Shown: positions 12,380 through 26,176, counted from the stretch's first letter. The stretch: 64,000 nucleotides of DNA from Vitrella brassicaformis CCMP3155 (GCA_001179505.1 CDMY01000469.1:1-64000), one strand, 5' to 3'. The notes: generated from the letters alone by a model not told the origin. A program made the numbers and translations.

Positions 12380-13976
12380 TCAAGAGATGCAGCAGATAGC
12401 AGATGCAGTCTCCCGCCCTGATGCTGCCGTCTTAGCAGATGCAGTCTCCCGCCCTGATGCTGCCGTCTGAGGAAGCGCCCCCTCAGGCAAATACCGATCC
12501 ACCCAACACCTGGGTATCAGCAGCGTTTCCAGGAAGGCATGCAGCTTGACCTTGCACCCTCCCACTTTCGCGTCAGGTATTTCTTCTCCCGTCTCCCACG
12601 GGATGGGTGTCATGGGCCACACGGGGGTGCCGTCGGGAAACATCTGTCCACGGCAAGTCCCGTTTGGGAAAAGCGTCCCCTTCACAATCTGGTTGTCCCT
12701 CCATTCTCCCTCGAACCACAACACAGGACCGTCGTACTGGTAGTATGCCTTCCCCTGGCCGTGTCGCTTTCCGTCCGCCCACTCGCCCTCATAGGTAGCC
12801 ATTCCTCCATCGTCGAGTGCCTTTCCACGGCCGTGCCGCTTGCCGTGCTCCCACTGGCCCTCGTATTTAACACGGCCCTGTGTGTCGAACTCCTCGCCGT
12901 GGCCACGGCCGTTAGTCCATTGACCCTTAAAGATGACGTTGTCATGGTGGTCTCGCAGCTCCCCCTCGCCGTGTGGTCTGCCATCGAGCGTGGGGCCATG
13001 ATAAAAATGGCCCTCCCACCACATGCCCGTCGCCACGCCAGCTCCCTTCTTCTCTCCATTGACCCACACGCCCTCGTAGGTCACCCTGCCGCCAGTGAGC
13101 TCCTTGCCATGGCCATGCCGTTTGCCGTTCCGCCAGTCACCGCTGTAGATGACATTGTTGTCGCGGCGGTCTCGCAACTCGCCCTGGCCGTGAGGTTTGC
13201 CGTCGAGAGTCGGGCCGACAAAATAGCCGTCTTTTTCCCACCGCATGCCCGTCGCCACGCCAGCTCCCTTCTTCTCCCCTCTCACCCACACGCCCGTGTA
13301 GGTCACCTCGCCGTTAGTGAACTCCTCACCATGGCCGTGCCGCTTGCCGTCCACGAAATCGCCCTCGTAGACCATCTGGCCGTCCGATGCGTATTCGATG
13401 CCCTTGGCGTGCCGTTTGCCGCCCTTCCACTCTCTCTCATATCGCTTCCTCTCGCCGTCCAGCAACCACAAAATGCCCCATCCGTGCGGCATCTCAGTGC
13501 CACCCACTTTGCAGATGGAGCCGTAGTAGACACTGCCCTCGTACATGATCGTGCGGTCAACGCTTTCGGCTTCCTGCTCGGCAGCACCTTTCGCTTGCAG
13601 CCGCTCTCTTGCAACGTCAAGTTCGGCCTCGGCTTGCTGAGCCCGTTGCATCCATTCATCCCTCTCTTTTCTGTGCTCGTCTCCCTCCTTTTTGTAGTCG
13701 TCTCTTTCCTTCTTGTAGGCATCTCTCTGGGTCTCGAGCTCCTCAATTCGTTTGTTGAACTGCTCGCGCTCACTGTCCATCGAACGACTGATATCTGAGT
13801 ACACATTGCGTGTTCTTCATGGTGCGTGTGAATGCGTGTCTGTCGCATTACTTACCATCGACGATATTCTGCAGTGTCTCCCTGTCGTCGACATCCGTCA
13901 CCGACGGGATCGCACACGTGCGAGCATCTGATGGGCTCAGCAGACCAGCCATCACGGGCCGGTGCCTGCCAGCCAT
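12380..13976 (-). CDS. Coiled-coil + MORN-repeat protein, copy 2 (intact, internally expanded)
   Basis: Exon 1 MAGRHRPV...ETLQNIVD|, short intron, then DISRSMDSEREQFNKRIEELE.... The GEE-VTY-GVWV-GEKKGAGVATGM-GPTLDG-PHG module occurs twice. Confidence 0.85.
12397..12468. repeat. 36-bp tandem duplication encoding the C-terminal TAASGRETASA repeat of MORN copy 2
   Basis: tagcagatgcagtctcccgccctgatgctgccgtct occurs twice and extends the protein past the usual GAL* end. Confidence 0.85.
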
Positions 13977-14665
13977 CGTGACAAGGAGGGATCATGCAGC
14001 TACACGGATAAGGCGAGAAGGTTCAGAAAATTTGGGGCCTACCGTGCACGCAGAGATCACACAAAGACGAGAGTCTCGATCGCTCAGAATGCATCACCTG
14101 AAAAGCGGATCACAGCTCAGAAGCTGAGACGCGTTACGGTACTATGTGCTGATCCGCATCTTGTGTGTGGTCTGTTTCTCATATGGATGGGTGCCTACCA
14201 GGAGATGAGTTGAAATCGTGAAACTGCTGATGCGGAGGCTTCTACACACCCCACACTGTCTGAACCACACAGACCATGAAGATCAGTGAGTCAGACACGG
14301 TGGATGTGCGGTGGGGCTCAGTGGGGCTCACCTGGAAAGTGTTTGTCTGGACTCACTCTTCCCTAGCGCAGGCCCTTCGATTGCTTTCTTCGGCAGCCGC
14401 GGTTGTGAAAACCCTGAGACCCCAGACCCGAAACCCTGCGGCCTCCGCGCCCTCCACTCTCCCCTCTCTCACCGCCGCACGTGAAGGACTGCAAAAGACC
14501 TCACCTGGATCTGCCCTGCCCACCTCCCCATCAGCTCATCTCACCTTATTCGACCGCCCAGCGACTTCCCATCTCTCAGCGCCTGTTAGCCACCGGAGTA
14601 TCCCATCTGGCCCTCAACCAGCCGCACTGCAACTGACTGCCCGGCCTCTCAATTGCCCGTCAGCT

Positions 14666-15433
14666 ATGGCCCTCATCTCCCGCCTGATGCTCCTGCTTGC
14701 GGCCTCTCTGCTGGTGGCCGTGTGGATGCCGTCGACCGCCGTGGCCATGGCTGCCGACGAGGCCCTCCCGACTGGCCCCCCTGCCGCTGCTGATGACGAT
14801 GGCCTGACGACTGTGGACGACCAGCTTCTGCTGAGCGATGAGGATGGCGATGAGCCGTTGGTGTCGTCTGGTGGTCTGCGGGGTTTGCAGTCGTGCATTG
14901 CCTCTTACTCAAAGAAACAGTGCAAGAAGACCTCTCACTGCTGCTCGCACAAGTAGGGCAAAGGGAAGAGGGAGAGCCATGGCGATGCGTGTGTTGATGT
15001 GTGTGTGTGTGTGTGTGTGTCTGCAGCTGTGTGAACGGCCAGTGCCGTAAGGGCGGCGATCTGAATGACATTGGCCATGGCTGTCGATATGACAACGACT
15101 GCCACTCACATTGGTGCACGAATGGCAAATGTGAGCCGCACACTCACACACAGAGGGGGCAATGTGGGCGTCATCCCTTCTGTGTGTGTGGTGTGTGATT
15201 TAGGCAAGGAGAGGGGCCACCATGACGACCACCATGACGACCACCATGACGACCATCGGTGCAAGAAAGACCATGATTGCAAGCGTGGCCATTACTGCTG
15301 GAAGAAACACCACGACCACAAATACGGCAAATGTGAGTGACACAGGCAGACACAGTGGGCGGACAGACAGACCTATGGGCCGTGTCCATCCACTGTGGCC
15401 ATGTGTGTGTGGTCTTCAGGCCGTCGGCATTAG
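14666..15433 (+). CDS. Secreted Cys-rich, His-rich small protein (4 exons)
   Basis: Signal peptide MALISRLMLLLAASLLVAVWMPSTAVA and an acidic pro-region ending LRGLQ. Spliced mature part: SCIASYSKKQCKKTSHCCSHN|CVNGQCRKGGDLNDIGHGCRYDNDCHSHWCTNGKC|KERGHHDDHHDDHHDDHRCKKDHDCKRGHYCWKKHHDHKYGKC|RRH*. Confidence 0.8.
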
Positions 15434-16339
15434 GCGTCCAACTCATTCAGACACTGCGGCTCGTGTGTCGTTGTTTGTTCATGTGTGAGTGGACGGCGCT
15501 GGTCTCGCTGTCTGTCTGTCTGTCTGTCTTACTGTGCCCAAGTTGTTTGTACAGTCAATCACGTGACGTCTGTCTGTCTTTCAGTCTGCTGTGTCTTTGG
15601 TATTGTGTGGCTTTGCAGTCAGCGTGAATAAGGGCGGGGTCGGCGGGATGTCACTGGTTGGGGGCGGTGAGCCCTCAGGTGCATTCGTATTGCTTGTACT
15701 CAAGAGAGGGGCAGAGAGAATGGTGTGGTGAGTGTCGTGGGCATCAAAAGATGGCCACCACACACACGTCTCAATTACACATGCAGTGGTGCATCTGGTG
15801 GTGGGGTGCATTCCTTCGTGGGCGTCTGCGGGACATACACACATACATGTAGTGTGGTGTGTGTGGGTAGTGCCCCTGCAAAGCATCGTGTGTGACATAG
15901 TAAGCTGACCTCACTCAACTTGGTGTGTGCTCCTTTGTGACCGGCAGACAGACACATTGAGGGAGATTTTTTTTTCTTTTTTTTTTTGAACACATGGGGG
16001 GTGAGAAAGGGCTTTTTCCTTGATGTTGAAGGTCATTTGTCCTTGCAGTTTTCGTGTCGTTCCGGTTGGGTGGGTTTGGGGTGGACATTACACAAAGACA
16101 GGACTCACACGTGTCCGTTCCGTGTCTGTCTGTCTCTGTCTGTCCGTCGCTTTTATCCACTTGGTATGTCTCATTAGCAGACCGCTTTTGCCTTACAAAT
16201 ACAAACCCGCCCAATCGACCTATAACCCCAAACAAACACACGAACAGCCGACACAAAAATAAAGTGGAAAGAAACAAAGAAAAATAGATATACACGTATA
16301 TACCCATCGACACACGAGACACAGAGCCGCTTGCTTTTG

Positions 16340-17610
16340 TCACAGTGCTCCATCAGGAAAATACTTGGGCAGACCTTCCTCCCGCAGAAACTCTGCCAAT
16401 GTCCATCCGCCCCCCAGATCCCTATTGGCTAGCTGCTGCCCCTCCTCCCAGCGAATGGGCTTGATGGGCCACGTAGGGGTGCCATCAGGTTTCTTCACTC
16501 CACACCAGTCGCCATCAGGGAAGAGGGTGCCCCTCTCGATGAGGCCTTGTTTCCATTGGCCCTCAAACCACACCGGAGAACCAGCAGAAGGGCCGGCCGC
16601 CTTTCCCTGGCCGTGTCTCTTGCCATTCGCCCACTCGCCCGAATAGATGACTTTGTTGTTCTGGTAGTCTCGGAGCTCGCCCTGGCCGTGTGGCTTGCCG
16701 TCGAGTGTCTCGCCATGATAGAGACCCACTCCCAGTTCATTCCCGTCGCCACACCGGTTCCCGTCTTGTCTCCTTTGACCCACTCACCCTTGTAGGTCAC
16801 CTTGCCGTGAATGCGCTCCTCCCCCTGGCCGTGCTGCTTTCCCTCCTTCCATCCGCCGTTGTAGACAACGCCACCGCATTGGTGCACTTCCCCCTCGCCG
16901 TGCGGTTTGCCATCGAGTGTGGGGCCAGTGAAGAGGCCGAAATGCTGTCCTTTGGCGTCCTTGAGCGTCAGGTTGGTAATGTGGCCGTCTCCCTTCATCT
17001 CGTCATCCGCCCATTGACCCTCGTACACTGTCTGGCCGTGCTGATCGATGGTTGTCGATTTGCCCTGGCCGTGTCTCTTGTCGTCTTTCCACTCGCCCTC
17101 GTAGGCCTTGACAGTCTGCGGGCCGCTCGATGCGTATTCAGTGCCCTTCCCATCTCGCTTGCCGTCCTTCCACTCGCCCTCGTATCGCTTTCTCTCGCCG
17201 TCCAGCGACCGCAGCAGCCCCGTGCCGTGGGGCAGCTTCTCGCCGTCCACCGTGCGAATTGACCCAACGTACTGACCCTCGTCGTAGATGATCGTGTGGG
17301 CCTCGCGGCTGTGAGCGCTCTCTTCCTCGTAGAGTCTCACTTTGGCTTCGAACTGCATGCATACGTACACAAACAAACAAACATGTGTGGCTGTTTGTCG
17401 TTGTGTTCGGAGCCCTCTCTCTCAGCGGTTGGGTACCATTTCGCATCGGCATTTCCATTCGTCTCTCTCCTTTCTGTATTCGTCTCTTTGTCTGGTGACT
17501 TCGTCGATGAGCTGCTGCTTGGTCCGCAGGTGGTCCTCCAGCCGAGTCATCATCCGTCTCGAGTGGGGGGAGAGGCCGTTGGAGTCGTAGGGGCCAATTT
17601 CGTCACTCAT
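16340..17610 (-). pseudogene. Coiled-coil + MORN protein, copy 3, with a 1-nt frameshift near 16725
   Basis: Exon 1 MSDEIGPYDS...RDEWKCRCEM|. Exon 2 is split into ORFs 16495-17376 and 16340-16783; GAGTGGGTCTCTATCAT is one base short relative to paralogues (WEGHFYH). The deletion lies in a G run, so it could be an assembly error. Confidence 0.65.
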
Positions 17611-19101
17611 GTTGTAGAGAGGAACTTCAAGGAGAGATATGTGGGAGGGGGGAGTGGTTCGGGAAAAAGACTGGTTCAAGCTCGCAACGCAACGGAAAGT
17701 GGTGTTGCCTGGATGTGGTGGGGACGATCAGCCGGCGCCTATAGGCAACTGCACGAGCAACTGCATTCATTAAAGGAACCAGTCGCTCACATGAATGGAC
17801 GTGTTGGATGTGTTCTAGCCAGTGACAGCCAACCAGACACACGTGAGACACACACGCGCAGGCAGACGAACGAACGAATCAACCGAGGCGGCCACGCAAT
17901 ACACGCAATCAGCCAGAACACACAGACACAGACACAGGTTAGACACACATGGACACATGCAGGCATGCAGGTGGTATGTGGTGGTGGTGGGTCACAATGG
18001 CACGGCACTCACTCATGGATTCAGACAAGTGCGAAAAAGGCACTCAACTTATAGATAGCGATGTGGTGGTGTTAATATACGTGTGTGTGCGTGTGTGTAT
18101 GTGTTGGTGTGGTCCTCTAAACAGATCCCCCCGCCCCCCCGCCCGCAGCACCCGCCCCACGTATGTGTGCCCTCGTCGAATTGACTGCTGCCTGCTAAAC
18201 GTGGGGTGAGTGCATGAAGTGCACCATGGCTGGCGCGTTAAAAAAGCTGCGTACCTTTGTAGCATTGCCCCCGCTGGCTCGATGACGCATCAATCAGATG
18301 AAAAACACACAGCCCGATGGACGGATGATGGGGGTGTGCCTGTGTGCATGGGGTGTTCTGGCCGCCCGGCTGTGCACAGCACTCCACACACACATACATA
18401 TCGGCGTGTACACGCACGCATTAGGTGTACGCGGCCATATACAGAGGTGTGTGCGTATGTGCGGAAAAAGAGTGCCCCGCCATTTGGTTCTGTGGGTGCG
18501 TACGTGCGTGCGGCCATGCACCCACACACACACACAGATGGCGAGACGTGGTTTGTGCAATCGGCTAGCTGACTCACCCACCTACCTCACCCGAACAGCA
18601 CACCCCAGCACCCATCCATCCATCCATCCAGTTGTCCGCTTAATCCACACACACGTGCGTGTGCGCACACACATTATGCACACACACACGGCGAATGAAG
18701 ACGTTACGAATCGATACATGCCGACATACATGGCCACTGACTGCCTCTCCCCCTCGCTCTCACACAGACGCTCCTGGACTGCATGACGCCCCGCCGCCCC
18801 GATCAGCAACGCCCCTTTGGTTGTGTTACTTGGTTTGTTTCCCGAGCCCCCGACCGCCAGTAATAGACTTCGCCCCGCCCCGCCCCCTCCCCTCCCCGTG
18901 TGTATGTCGTGTGTGCACCATACACGTCCGGATACGTTATACAGAGTAATCTCCCCTGTCTGTGTGCAAATATGCAGTCAATCAGTCAGTGAGTCGGTGC
19001 GAACAGACGGACACACACACACATCTGCGCTGATACATACACACACACATGTCGGTGCACACACACACACACACAGACAACCCCACACATCACTCCATCA
19101 C

Positions 19102-21288
19102 TCAGTCTTCATAATGGTCAGGGGCAGCTTCCTTCAACGCTGCACACACACACACACACACACACATCCATCCATCTCAGTACGTGTGTGTGTTGCCGCG
19201 TATGTACTTTGCACACTGATGCCCATTTCGGCCATCTGCAGCTTGACCAGCGGCGAAGTCGTCATATCGTCAGACGACTTGCGCGTCTGCGTCACGGGCG
19301 TCAGGGGAGAGGTGGTCTCCCTCTCCAGCGGCGTGTGTAGGGGCACATCTGCACACACACACATCCGCTCATCCATGTGTGTGTGTGTGTCTGTGTGTGG
19401 TGGTGGGCCAGCTTACGTGAGACATTGACAGGTGAGTAGCAGACGGCCGGGAGGGGCAGCATGGGCACCGTCAGGGACACCTTGGGGCTGGTCGGGACAA
19501 CATACGCTACCTGAAAACACACACACAGGGACCAACGCACACATGATTCGCCCATCCGTCTATCGTCCCATGTGTGTGTCTATGGCTTACACTCATGGGG
19601 CTGGCTACTCTGACGGCCGGCACAGGTGTGCCGGTGAGGGGCTGCACGGCGCTCGCCGGCAGCATAGCGATGTCGGGGTGGGACGACGCACGAGACCTGA
19701 GGCATCACACACAACAAATGCATTATGTCCTCACGTGTGCGCGAGTGTGTGTGCCGTGTTTGCCGAACCGTCTGCAGCATGTCGACTCTGGGGAGGGGGT
19801 GGCTGTCGACGAAAATGAACCTGCAACACCATACACAACCAGAAAGAGGCGATGATAGACACACACACATCCGTACACACGTGTGCACAGATGTGTGTAC
19901 TTACCCTTTTTGACGAGCACGCCGCCCGTAACGGGGTTGACTGCGATAGGGGAGGCCGACGAGTCGGAGGAATGCAGCTGAGTCTGCGGTAGCTGACCAC
20001 AACGGCCAAGGCAGGCCCACACGCGCATGGTGAATCAATCGCCTGTGTGTGCATATATCGGTGTGGTGTGTGTCACCGTACCATTCTGGACTCCAGTATG
20101 AGTTCCTTGAGGGGTCTCTTCTCCGCCAACGCGCGCTTCTCCAACTCAGTGCGGCGATACCTGTTGGCACACACACACAAATTCAGTCAATGCGTGTGCT
20201 CAGAGGGATGGATTGATGGGTGGATGGATGTGTGATTGCGTACGTACCTCCTGTCTCGCACTTCGTGGAGTCCGTGTGCGTGTCTGCAGCGATCGCCCAA
20301 CGTGCAGATGCCCTGCTTCCAGAACTTGCACAAATCTGAATGAATGAATGACCACATACACACATACAGACACACACATGGTGTCCAAGACGCCTCTGAG
20401 TTGTGTGTGTGGACGTGACGCACCTGTTTTGTAGTAGTCCTCCGTGCTGTGTAGGTCCTCCTCGCCGTGCGCAAACGGACAGGCGGAGGCAGGCAGCGGA
20501 CACACACCCTGGGCAGCACAAGACGCGATGTCCATCCATGCATCCATCCATCCATCCATTTGTGTGTGTGAGTGTGTGTGTGTGTGTGTCCATCCATCCA
20601 TCCATGTGTGTGTGTACGTACCTCTCTCCACCTCTCGCACAGCCGCGTCTTGCGCAGAGAGGGGGACGGTCGCAACTCAGCTGACAACCATACCAACACA
20701 CACACGACGGAAGCACGTTGATCCACCCACTCCACCCAGCATCTGTGAGTGGGTGCGTACCTTTCGAGTGCGCGTAGTTGCACTCGTTGCCGCGTCTGCA
20801 TCGACCGCGGGGGAAGTACGGACACATCTTGGTCTGACCACACACACAACCAGACAGAGAGAGAGAGAGAGAGATGGGATGGGTCTCATCGTGCCACACT
20901 GTGTGTGTGTGGATCGTGTCGCGGCACCCACCGTCGTCACTCACCTTATAGAACTGGTCTTTGGCCTCGCGCTTGGGCAGGACGGGGTAGGTGGGAGTCG
21001 GGAGGAGAGGCTGACAGAGAAAGGACACAGAGAGGGGACAGGACACACCGAGCGAGACCATCCATTCCCCGCACCCATGTGCTTGCTCTCTCCACCCACC
21101 CCTCCTCCATGTGTGTGTCGTCCTCCTCAGCGTACCTTCCTCACTCCCTCGTCAATCTCCCTCTCCGGCCCGCTGGCCGTCGCCGCCGTCGGAAGCGGCA
21201 GATGGTGCTGCTGCGGGTGGTGGAGCTGCGGATGCTGCGGGTGCGCATCCGCAGCAGCAGGTCCCTGAATCGACGGCTGGATGCACAT
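19102..21288 (-). CDS. Tandem CCCH zinc-finger RNA-binding protein, multi-exon
   Basis: Spliced: KDQFYK|TKMCPYFPRGRCRRGNECNYAHSK|AELRPSPSLRKTRLCERWRE|GVCPLPASACPFAHGEEDLHSTEDYYKT|..CKFWKQGICTLGDRCRHAHGLHEVRDR...; ends LKEAAPDHYED*. Three CCCH fingers with KTxL/MC leaders. Confidence 0.85.
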
Positions 21289-21812
21289 GATCCTCGCGCC
21301 AACAATCACTCAACAAGGCTACCAACACGCGCAGCGATGAGTCAGCACGGCGTGGCTATCCGTCTCAAGGGGATGAAAGCGGAGCCGATGGTAGGTCCCA
21401 GGACAGGTGTCTTGGCTTCTGTCGTGCGTTCGCACGCTCCTCTGCTCTCTTTGAGATTTCCCAAAGTATCAGGTCACAAGCGGGTTCCTGCGGAAACCCT
21501 GCGAGCTCCCCAAACCCTAGAATCTCCAACACACTTTGACGTTCTGAACACGTGAATGTGATGGGGATGGAGATGCGGCGCATATATTGAGATGGCCACA
21601 ACAACACGCGACGAGCGATCCTCTTTTGTCACGCACAAGAGCGGGAAGCGTACAAGCATGCCCTCTATCAACGAAATATAGTGAGCCCCCAAGAGAGGAC
21701 GGGCCGGCCGTGTATTGTGTGTATTATTGTGTGTGATGTGTGTTGTCGTGTTTGCGTTCAGTGGTGGTCGTCAGCGGTTGAAGGTGCTGTCGAACGTGAG
21801 GGCCAACCCTAA

Positions 21813-22997
21813 ATGGACGATCAAGTGAGGGAGGGATGGAGGGGCTCACTCACACACATTCGCAGACACGCAAACACACGAAGAGAGGGAGGGAGAGAGA
21901 GAGAGAGAGAAGGGCCAGACAGGCAGACAGACACCTCTGTGTGTGCGGATGTGGGTCTGTCTGTGTGTGTGTGTCGTGTCAGGGGTCGTCCTCGTGATTT
22001 GAGTCCCGTTGTCAACGTTCCAGGGCCGGGCACATATGGGAGGCCTGCAAAAGAAGTCGAAAGCAACCAGAGGACCGCCGCAACCACCGTGTATGTGAAG
22101 CGACCACACAGGGGATTTACTGCTGGCAGCACACACGTGACATGACCGCCCATCTGACTGTGTGTGTGTAGATTTGGCACAAGTCATCGAGATGAGCTGA
22201 AGCCGTACCAGGGGCCGGGGCCAGGTGAGAGAGACAGGGGCAAGATAGTGACACGTACGGATGGATGGATACACGTGCCGCCTGTGTGTGTGTTCAGGTG
22301 CGTATCAGTATGCGGCTGAGGCGGGCAAGGGCATACGGTCGCCCCCACAATACACCATGACGCCCAGAAGGTACGTGTGTGCACCACGCAGGGAGCCACG
22401 CATCCATATACGGCAGTGTCGGTGGGGCGGGTGGTCTTGCAGACCTGACAAATCGCTGATGGGCAACGATCTCCCCTCCCCTGACGCCTATATGCCGACG
22501 GGGGCACACTTGGAAAAGGCGCCTGTCTTCGGGTGAGTAAAGTGTGCTTGGATGCGGCACAGTCACCGGCAGTCCCAGTGTGTCTTTTTGTTTTCAGTTT
22601 TGGGTCGTGTGAGCGCAAGACTCTCACTCTGGCTGAGGGGCCCGGCCCAGGCACATACAGGGTGACGCTGCCGCCAGCCACGCCATCATATGGGTACTCA
22701 TGGATTGATGCACACACTATCCACACACGCAGGATCTGTCTGCTGGTATATCAGGCTGGGGACGACTCCCCGACCCTCTATGGGCAGCAAGGAAGCGAGA
22801 AACTCTCCAGGTAGATGTGTGTGTGTGTGTGTGTGTGTGTGCACGGATTGGGTGGATTCTTGCTTCTCTGTAGGTCCTGGCGCGTACAGCGTGCCATCTC
22901 CCGTGGGCGAGGGGCCGAAGTACTCCCTGGGAGCCAAGTACACATCCTTGTTCGGCGGCAATGGTCAGCCTGCCAGAAAAGTGTGCGTGTGCGTGGA

Positions 22998-23030
<33 letters not shown>

Positions 23031-24449
23031 CTGTGTGTGTGTGTGTGTCTGTGTGCAGGGAATGTTGGCCCCGGGGGCTACGAAGTCAAGAGCACTGTGG
23101 GCGACAACATCCAGTGGAGGTGTGACACACACAGCACACATCCATCCATCCATCAGTCCATCCATCCATGTGTCTGTCTTCATCTGTGTCAGCCTGCGCG
23201 GCCGTCCGAAGGATGACATCTTCATCAGGGGAGGCGGCAAACACACACCAGGGCCAGGCAACTACCGAGTGAGCGGCAGAGCACGAATGCCACATGTACA
23301 CATGCATCAACCGGTGTGTTGTGCGTGTGTGGTCAGCTGGAGCGCTCTGACGGTTTTGTGTCTGGGTGCGCGCGAACTTCGCCGAGATGGGGGTTCGGCT
23401 CGTCTGCCAGGAAAGGTACGCACACCAGTCACTACACACGGCGCGACGTTCCTCTCTATCTCTCTGTGTCTGTGTCTGTGTGTGTGTGTGTGTGTGTGCA
23501 GGATTGACGGCGTCATCCGACCCCTCTCCCTGCGAGTATCAGATCAATGACGGATACAGCTCACTCATCCGGAAACAGCCCATGTTCGGGTATGCACTCA
23601 AATGTGTGTTTGTGTATGTCTGTGCACACATGCATTTCTTCATCTGCGTCCATCTGGTGTGTGGGTGTGTATGTGTGCAGCTTTGGGTCGTCATCTCGGC
23701 CGCCAATCAACAGTCCTGGTACACAGCCACCTGTGCATCTTGCCAACTACAGACACACGCACACCCACCGCCTATCCCTTGGATGCGCACGCAGGCATTG
23801 CCCCCGGCCCTGGCAACTACCAAGTGGCTTCGCTCGTCGGGAGAGCACCCATGTAAGGCCACCAAGACACAGCCACATACACACATCGGTGCATCCGCAC
23901 ACACATGTACCCACTCATGCAGGTACTCGATGACCCCCCGCCGCGAAGCCATCCAAGAGCTAGTCAAACGGAGATACAACACACCTGGTCGGCATCCACA
24001 CACGCAGCGACACACAGACTCAAGGAGCCTCACCTCTGTGTGTGTCGTGTCGCAGCTCCCGGCACGTATCGCGGCCCCGATCAGCTTCACGGTCCGCGCT
24101 GGGGGTTCGGCTCGTCAATGAGAAGCGACATGGCCAGGGGCAAGGAGGGCGGCGCGGGGCCAGGTGAGACAGACAAGACGAACTGAAATGGTCGATGGGA
24201 GATGGACTCATATTGTGTGTCTGCGTGCAGGTGCGTATGCCGTGGCGTCTCTGGTGGGCGAGGGGCCGAAGATCTCACTCAGTGGACGGCCGAAGGACCT
24301 CAAACCATTGTAAAGCGACTGACACGCATATGCACAGCGCGGATGCATGTGTGTGTGTGTGTGCATCCATTGAGTCTCTCTCTGTGTGTGTGTGCAGCGA
24401 AGTTCCTGGCCCGGGTCACTACATGGCGGATGCAACCGAGTTCGATTGA
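21813..24449 (+). CDS. SHIPPO-repeat (ODF3/STPG-like) axonemal protein, multi-exon
   Basis: Many PGPGxY repeats (VPGPGTY, EGPGPGTY, GPGAYSV, TPGPGNY, APGPGNY, VPGPGHY) with intervening FG/YSM motifs; ends ATEFD*. Confidence 0.85.
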
Positions 24450-24890
24450 CGAGAGCGACTGACTAACGTGTCTGGGTGTTCCATTCCATTCCTTTTCTTT
24501 GCTAGCTGGCTGGCGTTGTTGCTCTGCTCGTGTACATAACATAACATAACATATAACATAGACATACATACATACGTACGTACATATATACATATAATAC
24601 CTAATATGGATAGACCAGAACATACGCGTGTGTATGTATGGAGTATCTCTTGTGTTGTCTTCGTCTGGTCTGCCTCTGAGTGGTCTGCGAATGAAGTGCA
24701 CGAAGGGAAGGAAAAGCGACAGACCGACGGACATATATACATACTTGGACGCTGTAATGGGCTGATGCGCTGTGCCTTTCTAACGGTCACTCAACGGTTA
24801 AGTGCGAGATCAAAAAGCGACGATCAACAGTCTCGCTGGTTGGCTGACTGCTCGCTCATCCCGCCATCTTATTGAGAAGAGTGAGGTGCG

Positions 24891-26176
24891 ATGGCTCGTC
24901 GGCCGCCACCGTCGGATGCCCCGTATCAACGCTCGAGTGGGTGACCGTCGAAATGATGCAGAATGTCATCGACGGTAAGGAGACAGGCCTAGGAGAGAGG
25001 GATGCACACCATGACAGACCGATGCCGTATCTGTATGTGTGTATGCAGACCTTCGCCGTTCGATGGACAGAGAGCGGCAACAAAGCGACAAGCGAATCGC
25101 TGAGCTTGAGACCCAAAGGGATGAGTACAAGAGAGAGAGGGACGCCTACAAGCGTGAACGAGACGCCGCCCTGGACAGGCTCAGAGACCTTGAGGAAAAG
25201 GTGGCTGCCGATGACGAGGCCCACAGCCGTGTTGCCCGCTCGATTGTGCACGACGGCGGCCTCTACCACGGCTCTGTCCGCACAAGTGGGCGGCACCGAG
25301 GTGCCCCACGGGACGGGGCTGCTGCGGTCGCTGGACGGCGACAAAAAGCGATATGAGGGCGAGTGGAAGGACGGCAAGTACCACGGCAAAGGCATCGAAT
25401 ACGCTTCATTCGAGACGCGCAACCAGCAAGGCCAACTGGAGACCAAGATGTGTCTCGTGTATGAGGGCGACTTTGCGGACGGCAAGCGAGAGGGACAAAA
25501 GGGCACCGAATACCAAGCCATAAACGGGCAAATGGGGAAGGTCTATGAGGGAGAATGGAGAGACAACAAATGGCATGGACAGGGGAGGGAGCTTCCGCAC
25601 TACGATTCGAGCTCAGGACAGCGACAGCATATTCTCGAGTACACTGGAAGCTGGGTGAACGGCAAGCGGCACGGCGAGGGCGAGGAGCTCACTGACAGCA
25701 AGGTGACCTACAGGGGCGGCTGGGCAAATGGAGAGAAGAAAGGCAACGGGACGGCGGGCGGCATGGAGCTCAGAGACGACAACGGACAGCATTTGGGCAA
25801 CTATCACGGCCCCACCCTCGACGGGCAGCCAAACGGAGACGCGGAACTGCGATATGGCAACCAAGTCGTCTACAAGGGCAACTGGGCGAGCGGCAAGCGG
25901 CACGGCCAGGGGAAGGCATACTACGACTACTGTCCTGTGTTGTGGTTCGATGGCGAATGGCGGGAGGGCCTGGCCAACAACGGCATGCTCTTCCCTGACG
26001 GCGACTGTTGGGGACAGAAGAAGGCTGACGGCAGCCCTGTGTATCCCATCAAACCCATTCGATGGCAGGCGGGACAGCAGATACCCAACACCGATGTGCC
26101 TGGCTGCGGATGGAAGCTGCATCAGTGGCTGCAGAGTCGGGGTGTGTCGGGATATTTCCCTGCTGGTGCACTGTGA
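24891..26176 (+). pseudogene. Coiled-coil + MORN protein, copy 4, with two lesions
   Basis: In-frame TGA at 24942-24944 after the family-type ATG, and a +1 frameshift near 25282 (CGCACAAGTGGGC versus CGCAAAGTGGGC in copy 1). The rest is open to GYFPAGAL*. Confidence 0.75.

Noticed and set aside
15222-15260. CACCATGACGAC tandem repeat as a non-coding satellite
   Set aside because: It is the coding HHDD repeat of the secreted protein.
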